64,000 bases of DNA from Basidiobolus meristosporus CBS 931.73. Its lineage: Eukaryota > Fungi > Basidiobolomycota. Position numbers and translations under genes: made by a program. The stretch is taken from assembly GCA_002104905.1 (NCBI GenBank), contig MCFE01000245.1, forward strand, positions 1 through 64,000. The letters run 5' to 3'. Below, piece after piece: positions 13,723-24,289 of the stretch. The notes below the pieces were generated by a model. It was not told where the DNA came from, did no database searches, and saw only the letters and a list, made by a program, of their open reading frames with translations. Position 1 is the stretch's first letter, and every line of letters begins with the position of its first letter.

Positions 13723-14716
13723 CCAACACTTACACCTATGCAACCATTAAATTTTATTTGGATATCCATAATAGAATTGAGCCATTTAGGCTGTTGGGGG
13801 CTAACTCACTTGGGGCCATTTTAATCGTACATTTAGTCAAAAAAATCCTTCTAATAATATACCAATGGATATGGGCTTTATTATAAAATAAGTCAAGTGG
13901 GTATAAACCTAGTCTTGTCTAATCTCACATGCCATATATTCTTTTATCATGGCAAGATTGTAAATGTTTAGTTTCCACAAATTATTCGTATAGCTTAAGA
14001 CTCTATTTAGCCTATTGCTGAATTATGAAATATTTACTTGAAATTTGGTTTGTAAAATATTGGCCAGTTCTTAGGCTTAGTAAAGGCCTGGAAGTTATCG
14101 AAAATTTCATATTCGTCCGAATGACCCCAAACTTTGCACACTACTTCCCGGAACCTTTCTTATTACATTCTTATCATTGGTTTTACGAAGCTCCCCTAAA
14201 AGTACAAATACCCTATTGGAGCTCAACAAGTAAATATCGTGCGATTCTTGTAGTTCTCCAAGTCACTTCTGATACTCCCTAGAATCCTGCAGCAGACAAT
14301 ACTATATTCTGTTTGTGAATTAGTGCTTGTTCTGGTGATAATTAGCAGTGGATGTAACACCTGCTTGTGAGTACTTGTAGCCTTGGTCTAGTGTATTAGA
14401 GATGGTTATGGGAAGGGGTTTTTAAAGTATATGGATTTTCTAGCCTTTCAATGATTTCACAGGTCTTTGGGCCTAATATTAAGTAGGTTCAAGATGATAG
14501 ATATAGTATGCTTATCATTTTTGATTGATATTACATGGGTTTCTATTGACTACTTATGGAGAGCGGTATTCAAAAAGAATAGAGCCATTTAGGTTGTTGG
14601 ACAATAGGTACCAACTTAGTAAACATCTTTATTTGCATTAATATGTAAAAAGGATGCATTCTTGAGCAGTTCATATTATTCTCAAACCATGCGAAATAGA
14701 TGAATGTACATAGGTT

Positions 14717-15893
14717 CTATTGCTCACGATGGAAGGTAGACACAGTTGCTTGCCCATTAGGGAAAACCACAATATCAGCAACCTCAACATGCTCTGGACG
14801 TGATGCCACAAACACTATACTCTCAGCAATATCTTCCCCATTGAGGGGAGTTATCCCTTTGTATATCTGGCCAGCACGTTCCTCATCTCCATTGAATCGT
14901 ACCATAAAGATTTCTGTTTTAACCAAACCAGGGGCAACAGAGGTGACCTTCACTTTGGTGCTCATCAGCTCTAGACGCAACGTGCGAGTAAGCGCCTCAA
15001 CTGCATGCTTCGTAGCACAGTACACCCCTCCCCCAGGATACACTTCCCGGCCTGCGTGCAATTCATCAGACAACATCAACTGTAAGGAGGAATCCTTCCA
15101 GACTGTGCTTACCCGAGATTGAGCTGACAATGATGATATGACCTCTGTTCCTTTCCTTCATCCCAGGGAGTATTGCTTGGGTGCAATAGAGTAGGCCCTT
15201 CACATTGGTGTTGAACATGACATCGATGGCATCACTTGCAACCTCTTGAATCGTATCGAGTCCAATGGCAAGACCTGATTGACCCAAATGAATCTATGTT
15301 AATGGCCCATCTAGGTGCCAACGGGTGTGGTTTGAGGGCAACGGGAAAGGGTGGAGGAGGACGGGCCAAGTAGCGAAGCATATGGACTTACCAGCATTGT
15401 TCACAAGAACATCAACGGCTTTGAACGCTTCTGGCAAGGAGTTGACCACTTCGTCGACATTGTTCTTGTCGCTGACATCGAGCTTGGCAATATGGATGTT
15501 GATGTCTGGATACTCCTTGGTGAGTTGCTCCTTCAGTTCACTCAAGCGCTCCACCCTGCGAGCTGTCAAGATCTGTGATCAATAGATATGCATCTCTTCA
15601 GTGACTCTCCTGTCTCTGCCTCTGTGGCTGTGGTTGCAGCTGTGGCGGCTACCAACACCATTCGCCATTTTAATGCACTAATTGTGCAAAGTAAAAAGGA
15701 CATACCAGGTTGGAACCTTCGGCCGCAAACTGCTTGGCACAACTAGCACCGATACCGGCACTAGCGCCAGTACTACAACAAGGTCAACAAACAGTTCCGA
15801 GCATTTAGTATGATATCAGTCAGGCATGGCACTGGCAAGTACTCAGAAAGCAGTTCCTTACATGAACACCGTTTTTTGCTGAAGTCTGCCCAT
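14717..15893 (-). CDS. NADP-dependent short-chain dehydrogenase/reductase (YdfG/YMR226C-like 3-hydroxy acid dehydrogenase), copy 1
   Basis: MGRLQQKTVFI|TGASAGIG Rossmann motif, LVNNAG, YCATK catalytic motif; 5 exons. Confidence 0.92.
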
Positions 15894-16222
15894 CAGGTAC
15901 TACTGGTAGTATACGTGACTATGGGTGGGTTTAAATAGAGAATGGATAAGCGTTTGTCCTCGTCCATGAAGTTACAAATAATGTTGCACTCTACCAACAT
16001 CACTGATTGTTGTAACACCGTGCTCATCCCTTCCATTTATAGAGAACTATCAGTATGACTCTTTCACACCAGCGAAATGATTAATATATACTAGCAGTGT
16101 GGTCAATTATTTATCAGATATACATCAAATGCTAGATTGGGATTCTTGTGATGATTTCAGACAATAAAATGAGAAACGGATTTATTTGGTGTAGACAACG
16201 ATCTGGCTCACTTGTATTAAGC

Positions 16223-17359
16223 TTATTGTCTATGAACAGTAGTGGCTGCAGCCTGCCCATTAGGAAAGATCAAAATATCAGAGAGCTCTACATGCTCCGG
16301 TCGGGAAGCAGCAAAGACGATAGTCTCGGCAATGTCATGTCCACTGAGGGGCTTCATTCCTTTGTATACCTGATCGGCGCGTTCTTTGTTGCCACCGAAT
16401 CGCACCACAGAGAATTCAGTTTCCACCATACCTGGTGCGACCGAAGTAACACGGATTCTGGTATTCATCAGTTCAAAACGTAGACTACGGGTAAGTGCTT
16501 CAACTGCGTGCTTGGTAGCACAGTACACACCACCATTTGCGTAAGCTTCTTTACCTATATTATGCACAGTTCGTTAATGGGCTGTGGCGATCCGAGCCTC
16601 CGATCTAGCTCACTCACCGGCGATTGAGCTCATGTTGATGATGTGTCCCTTGTTTTGTTCTTTCATCTTTGGAAGGATGGCCTTGGTGCAATACAGTAAA
16701 CCCTTCACATTAGTATCGAACATTGTATCAATAGCATCCACAGTAACATCTTGAACTGTGTCCAGGCCAATAACAAGTCCTTGCGATAAATTAATGAGTA
16801 TATGATTGTCATCGAAGGAGTATTGTAATATAGCACTTACCGGCGTTGTTCACTAAAACATCGATTGCCTGGAACTCCTTTGGGAGGGAGGAAATCACCG
16901 AGTCGACATTTTCTTTGTCGCGAACATCGAGCTGGGCGATATGGACCCTCGATTGTGGGTGTTCTTCCTGAACTTTCTTCTTTAGCTCAGACAAGCGCTC
17001 ATGTCTACGAGCAGTCAATATCTTGAATATTCCCATATAAGTCTACATGTTTGGACCAGCTTGGCAACAGTGCACGAGAAATAAATACCAAATTTGAACC
17101 CTCAGCAGCAAAAAGTTTAGCACAAGCCTCGCCAATACCTGCACTTGCGCCAGTACTATAATGAAATTGTTTAGTCGTTCCCAGTATTTTTGTGCTTACA
17201 GGGAGGAATGGTGCTGCTTAATTACATGAAAACAGTTTTCCCGTTTAGTCTACCGTTCGAAAAGAGCCTCAGGGTGTTGGCAATGCCTAAAGGCTTCTTC
17301 ACTCCAGGCAGGCCGTAAGCACGGGTCGAGAGTATTTTGGAAGCTTTTGATAAGAGCAT
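16223..17359 (-). CDS. YdfG-like SDR copy 2 with N-terminal mitochondrial presequence-like extension
   Basis: Exon 1 [45 protein letters not shown], then [19 protein letters not shown]; same intron positions as the other copies. Confidence 0.9.
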
Positions 17360-17607
17360 TTCAACGTCAGGTTGATATTGTGGTGTTCATAGGCTACTTT
17401 GTTATATACGTTATTGTATTTCCATGTTAGCTCACTTGAATGCCGGTGAGCCAATAGTTTCTCATGCCATGGGAAACAACTGTTGACGCAACCGATCCCG
17501 TTGTTAAAATGACTGTAATTAACCATAACGAATCTGGATGAATATGTATATGGAATCGGCAAAGGAATGTGGTTTATTCTCATGGTATGCAGGTTGGAAT
17601 GGTTGAG

Positions 17608-18786
17608 TTATTGCTCACGGTATACACTAGTGGCACCTGCTTGTCCTTTAGGGAAAATGAGAATATCCGCAACCTCAACATGCTCGGGACGTGATGCTGC
17701 GAATACAATGTTCTCCGCGATATCATCCCCATTGAGGGGGGTCATTCCTTTGTAGACTTGGTCTGCACGGTCCTTATCGCCACTGAATCTTACCATAGAA
17801 AACTCTGTTTCAACCAAACCAGGGGCAACAGAGGTGACCTTCACTTTGGTGCTCATCAGCTCTAGACGCAACGTGCGAGTAAGCGCCTCAACTGCATGCT
17901 TCGTAGCACAGTACACCCCTCCCCCAGGATACACTTCCCGGCCTGCGTGCAATTCATCAGACAACATCAACTGTAAGGAGGAATCCGTCCAAACTGTGCT
18001 TACCCGAGATTGAGCTGACATTGATGATATGACCTCTGTTCCTTTCCTTCATCCCAGGGAGTATTGCTTGGGTGCAGTAGAGTAGGCCCTTCACATTGGT
18101 GTTGAACATGACATCGATGGCATCACTTGCAACCTCTTGAATCGTATCGAGTCCAATTACGAGACCTAATTCACCAGGATAAATGTACATTAGTGACCAG
18201 TATGGGAGTCGATGAATGTGATTTGAGGGTGACGGGAAAGGGTGGAGGAGGAGGACGGGCCAAGTAGCGAAGCGTATGGACTTACCAGCATTGTTCACAA
18301 GAACATCAACGGCTTTGAACGCTTCTGGCAAGGAGCTGACCACTTCGTCGACATTGTTCTTGTCACTGACATCGAGCTTGGCAATATGGATGTTGATGTC
18401 TGGATACTCCTTGGTGAGTTGCTCCTTCAGTTCACTCAAGCGCTCCACCCTGCGAGCTGTCAAGATCTGTGATCAATAGATATGCATCTCTTCAGTGACT
18501 CTCCTGTCTCTGCCTCTGTGGCTATGGTTGCAGCTATGGCGGCTACCAACACCATCGCCATTTTAATGCACTAATTGTGCAAAGTAAAAAGGACATACCA
18601 GGTTGGAACCCTCGGCCGCAAACTGCTTGGCACAACTAGCACCGATACCGGCACTAGCGCCAGTACTACAACAAGGTCAACAAACAGTTCCGAGCATTTA
18701 GTATGATATCAGTCAGGCATAGCACTGGCAAGTACTCAGAAAGCAGTTCCTTACATGAACACCGTTTTTTGCTGAAGTCTGCCCAT
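17608..18786 (-). CDS. YdfG-like SDR copy 3 (near-identical to copy 1 over most of its length)
   Basis: MGRLQQKTVFI|[19 protein letters not shown]; introns almost identical to copy 1. Confidence 0.92.
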
Positions 18787-19003
18787 TACGAATAATATTT
18801 TAGTCGACCTGACTGTTAAGAAGCTCAAGCTAACTTAGCTCGTCTGGTGTATTTCAAGAAATTGGGGTAGCATTCGCACACCGAAATTACTGACGTAATA
18901 TGCAAGCAAATGGTGAGATTCGATGTATTATGAGAATATTGTGCTGAGCGGGTGATACAATGTTTACGATACTCAAGATATTATGAAATTGCTCTTGGGA
19001 TGT

Positions 19004-20016
19004 TTATTCTTTACGATAAATGTTGGATGCACCTGCTTGACCCTTGGGTACGATCAGTATGTCTGCCACTTCAACATGGTCAGGTCGAGAAGCAGCAAAT
19101 ACAATGCCTTCCGCGATGTCATCGCCGTCAAGTGGAGTGAACCCTTTGTAGACCTGGTCTGCCCTGTCTTTATCACCTTTGAATCTGACCATGGAAAACT
19201 CGGTCTCTACCAGTCCAGGGGCCATACAGGTTACCTTGATTTTGGTGCTCATCAACTCCATACGCAAGGTACGAGTAAGTGCCTCCACAGCAAATTTGGT
19301 AGAGCAATATACACCACCTCCAGCGTAAGCCTCTCTACCTAAAAACAGGAGTTAGCTCCGACTCGAGCAGTATGGTGAATCCGCAGAACGTACCTGAGAT
19401 AGAGCTCACATTGATAATGTGACCAGAGTTGCGTTCTTTCATGCGTGGCAATATGGCCTGGGTACAGTAGAGTAGCCCCTTAACATTCGTGTTATACATT
19501 ACATCAATGTTTTCGGGAGCAACATCTTGAATATGATCGAGCCCAATCACCATGCCTAGTTGAATTGAGTTTAGGGCAAGTAAACCAAGGTGCCCAAGTT
19601 ACCCAGGAAGAGACGTACCCGCGTTGTTGATTAGAACATCAACATCTCTAAAATCCTGGGGCAGTGAAGAGACGACTTCATCAACATTGCTCTTGTCTCT
19701 AACGTCAAGCTTAACGGTATGAATTTTGACTTTGGGATACTTATGAAGTATCATTTCTTTCAACTCATCCAACCGCTCCAAACGACGAGCTGTGAGAACC
19801 TTTGGAGGAACTGAGGATTAACCTAGGTATTGATGAACATAGTGGGCCTACGAAAGTACCAGGTTCGAGCCTTCAGCGGCAAATTGTCGGGCGCACCCAG
19901 CCCCAATACCTGCGCTGGCCCCGGTGCTGCATCAACTCAGATTAATGTGCGGTCAACCACAGGGGAAAGTGACGAGTGACTTACATGAATACGGTTTTTC
20001 CTTCAAGTCTACCCAT
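19004..20016 (-). CDS. YdfG-like SDR copy 4
   Basis: MGRLEGKTVFI|[19 protein letters not shown] catalytic motif; same exon structure. Confidence 0.9.
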
Positions 20017-20513
20017 TGAATAAACAATATTAGAATAATTGGATACCAGAACCCTCTAGGTATTCATGGCATATATAGCATTTTCCCAGTCCACCTCCCA
20101 ACTTGCATGTGGGAATATCGATGGAACAGCTGTCTCAGGAGGGGGGGACCAATAAAGGAGTCACGTAATAAGCCATCCACTTTTCAGCTTGATTCCCACA
20201 ACTGTCGCGAGATAACTAGGAGTCATTCTGACGTACGCAATAGCAATCCGTAGAGATACAAATCACACCCGCCCACTTGGCTGATCCATTCCAAAACACC
20301 CACAAACACCGTCATTCAGATTAATTTATTCAGAAGTAATGTTACATCGAGGAAGTCGTGAAACAGATGTTCCTATTAACGAGAGTACTTTGTTACAATG
20401 TGGACATATGGAAAGGTTAAATACTTCTCATAAGCGGTCTCCATGATTCTATGCTCTTGTGATTAACAATACAATAGTTGACAAAAGACTCGGAGATTCT
20501 ATGTAGCAGTCGG

Positions 20514-21287
20514 TTATTGCCGATGTGAGGGCTTGAGCTCTCTAGGGGAATATCGGTGGGGCAGGAGCTCCTCCAAGGAAAGCACTTGAGTGGATCTATC
20601 TCGCTTGACCACATACACGTTTAGGTCTGTTCCCCATTCTGCCATGAACTGTCTGAAATTGGAAGGTCTGGTTGAGAAACCCCCCTCAACGGTATCCGAG
20701 AGAGACGCTTACCTGCAAATACCGCAGGGGAATATGAAGCTTTGAGAATCACTAACGAGGTTAAGGAGATGAGTATCTTTTTTCATGAGAATAATGTATC
20801 CTTCTTTACATCTTACGTGGCAATGGCAATGGCGGTGAATTTCGACTCCCCATCCGTCTTATAGTGAAGGAGATCACCAGTTAGTTGAAAGCTTGCGAAG
20901 GCGGTGAAACGGTTCAATTTACCAAAGCCCTTGAGAATGCGGCTCTTTCTGCGCAAATACCTGCTCCCAAAGAAGCGTTCTCCACATTGCAGCCTAGCAT
21001 AGGTCGAGACAGGTGAGGACGGGTGGCACATAACGACAAGGCGTAACTGCTCACCTTTGTAAAAATTGTTGGTGTCTGTGAGCAGAGCTGCTCCTACTTT
21101 GAAATTGGAATAAGGGACATAGGAGTTTGCTTGAGCTAATGTCACAAAACGTTCAGTACGATTGGCTTCGGAATCTATTTTTATCAAGGCGAAGTTCACC
21201 TTCCAGAGCTAAATCTATTAATTGATTGATCTGATCGGCGCTGATGTCAACAGAAGATGCGGATGACGAGAAGCCAGATATTGACAT
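20514..21287 (-). CDS. CDD1: Cytidine deaminase (tetrameric CDD1/Cdd family); possibly the C-terminal part of a BED-finger fusion starting at 21711
   Basis: Six exons read in frame: PYSNFKVGAAL, GCNVENASLGAGICAER (Zn ligand Cys, catalytic Glu), PCGICRQF (two Zn Cys), ELLP; stop TAA at 20516-20514. Confidence 0.93.
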
Positions 21288-21473
21288 GTGTTGGGGCTCG
21301 TTTATCCTCCGATGTTTTACCTCGGATTGCTTCTCTTCTGCAAAAGAGTCAGGAGATAGATCAAAGCTGGCTTACGCAACATCATACTAACCTTGCTGCT
21401 TCAACAAGTGATCGCGGTGTTGGGGGAAGAGCATATCTCATTAGTAGGCCACCAGCAGGCATGTTTGGCATAC

Positions 21474-21711
21474 CGTACTTTACCTCAGTTGTGAAGGCGC
21501 GTTTGACTTCCTCTGGAGCGTATTGGCATGTGCGGAGATGCGACGCCATCGTTCTGGGGATGCCGAGAATCCCTGGCACTCGGTCGATTCCGAGAGCTTT
21601 GATGCAGTAATTGCAGTGAGCATGATAATGACTTTTATTACATCGTATTCCTCTCCAAAAATGGTCCCATATAGGCTTTCGAGGACGCCCGATCATAGAA
21701 GTCGAAGACAT
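21474..21711 (-). CDS. BED-type zinc finger exon (hAT-transposase-like DNA-binding module), predicted to splice onto the cytidine deaminase
   Basis: GRPRKPIWDHF...HAHCNYC...MASHLRTC: conserved W/F, CxxC and HxxxC ligands of BED fingers; GTATGC donor at 21473. Confidence 0.75.
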
Positions 21712-24289
21712 TGAAGATCTTTCAGGAAATAAGCATTAATATATCTGAGTGGCAGTATCTCTTGACTCTCAACAAGTATCCTATTGATCCCTACTCTATG
21801 CCTGTACGAAAGATAGGGTGGTTGAGGCGCGGTTGATGATTCAGTGAAAAGCAAGAACTAGGTTGAGTGAAAGGATCACCATTGACTCACCATCATTATT
21901 TATACAAAATCGCTTGGAGCGCCTATTGGGCACCCGCATATATATCTACCTGCGCTACTAGATAACTCAAATGTTTCAGTAATTGGGTGACTTCCTTTTT
22001 CTATTGTAAATGATCGGGATGTATCTCCTTCACTGAACCAAATATGGACCCCACGATCCATTGGGTCGTCGTTGACGGATTTTCTTTTTCGAACAAACAA
22101 ACCATTCGATGCCAGAAGAATTATGCTTCGAATGCAATATCTGTCCTAATATGTTTGGCGCTCCTTCTAGTGGATAGAACGTGTGACACATCTTTGCACG
22201 ATCTATGTCTTTGCGAGAGTGCCTTGAGTGCTTAGAATAAATCCAAATTAGCTGAGAATTAGGACCACGATAAGCGGCCATATCCCAATATGTCCCGCTG
22301 ACAAAGAACAGCATTAAGCAATATCGATTACACATCCTGGGGTACCTCTAGTCCAAAATGGGATAGGTATGACACCAACAAGTATTGCTCCCTGTACGCG
22401 ATCTGTGAGACCTCTCTGCGAAGCAATGGTACAAACTAGGCACACCCGGTGATTGTTGCAGTAGCCTCGGATGAGTCCAAGTATTTGTGGTTAGACCGCA
22501 CGTAACCCCATCACTCCGAGCACTCTTATGATCATGCTTTTACCGAAACCTAATCTTTACTTCTCCAACCTTGACAAGTCGTGGAAATCCCGTCAGCTTT
22601 GGGAAATGAAGCCGGCCCTTTGGTACGACATCCCACTTCAAGCTGCTACCTTGGAAGCTTGAATAAAGCGCATACAGCGCTAGTTCAGCGGTAATTGGAG
22701 GCATGGTTGAGAACTGAGGTTAAATAGCTACTGCCAAAGGCGTTATATAATTCTAAATAAATTTGAGTTCAGTAGGCTTCCACCCTTTCGACACATCCAT
22801 TCGGCCAGGTCAACAAATTTGGCACATGACCTGGGCCATATTTAGTGAATGATCCTTAACATAGCCAACTCCTGAAGCTAAGGTGTTCATCAAAAATGGA
22901 CGAAGTGTTCTATAGAATATGATGGTCTCTAGACCTTCCGATTTGGATAGCTGATGCCTAGCAATATGGAAAAACGGTGATTTCAGGGTCTACTGACATG
23001 GCTGATTCAAGCTGTCAAATATCATATATTTGATTGATGTTTACAATAGTGCAACATTGTTGTATATTCGATTATTTATTTGTACACGCGATCGTGCTAT
23101 CAAGGCGAAGGTTGCAAGTGCGAACTGACGACCATATAAGAAACTTGGTTTACCCGTGGTAGTGTCCTACAGACGAGCTAGAATTGGTAAACACCGGTTG
23201 AAAGTACCGAAATGGCTTAATTAATATGGCGAATCACCTTTACTGTCAACAAACTTTCAAAACTATCCAGCATTTGGAATCCCAATGATACGCTGTCTAG
23301 AGCCTTGGTGCCTTGGCAAACTTATTTGTGGCAACATCGTTGATTGAAAAAGGAATTCAGTGAGGGTTAGCGAATCTTGATGGCGCAACCCAAGAGGCCG
23401 AAACATTATCCACTGTCCTTTAAATGACTCCACTTTCTGACATAGAAAATTTCCGATACAGCAGCTTTGGGAATACATAATGGGAACATTCGTTGTGCCT
23501 TTCAATGGAATATCTCCTCTTAATAGCAACTAATGTGATGAATGGAAGGTCATGGGGAACCCCACCATGGTATAGGTAGGGGTATTACTATATCTTTACA
23601 ACATCAATCTAGCTACCCACCCTCGCTACATTGGACTCGACTCAACTCTAGTATTTTCAAAAAAGCTGCATATAATTATACAATGCTTTGTTATTTGGAG
23701 AGAATTCTCTCTGACAACATTCATTCACACGCTTATCGCTTCCACCCACCCACATTGTTGAGGGTTCCTCTAGCCATTAATAGATGGCATCAAAAATAGA
23801 CATTTGCCACATTGGATCATTTCCAATTGGGTCGAAAACTGGTTTTCTCGTCAGATTTATGATCTTGATTGGTTTATCCCAATTAGGCAGGAATCCAGAT
23901 CAAATTATACGCTTGGTGTTAATGTCCAATTTAGACATGCGGTACATCATGTCGATAAAGCTTAATCACTAACCATTTGTATATAGCTTTTCTTTTGCAA
24001 TGATACATACCGCGCACCTCCGGTTCGGCTCTCTTTACACTTATTCTCTGCTGAAATCCTCTACTTATCTCATCCTCGCTGCGCATAAAACTTGACCACC
24101 TGTGGCTACTTGTGATATACCGTATATGGCCCTGATTGCGTCATGCTCGATCCCCCTTCCAAAAATGGATGCTTTGTCATCGGTGCATTGGTCACTGAAT
24201 AGTAGCAAGATAATGCTTGGTTGGACTTCGCTTGATTTATTTCCATGAACGATTCTATAATTATATCAAGGGATATACAACGATGAAGT

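Noticed and set aside
22030-22335. WGPYLV resembling the GPY/F module of Ty3/Gypsy integrases
   Set aside because: No upstream integrase DDE, RT or LTRs recognisable; motif too short.
23230-23320. TKALDSVS in a minus-strand frame resembling non-LTR RT KAFDSV
   Set aside because: No following RT motifs (GxxQG, YADD) in any frame.
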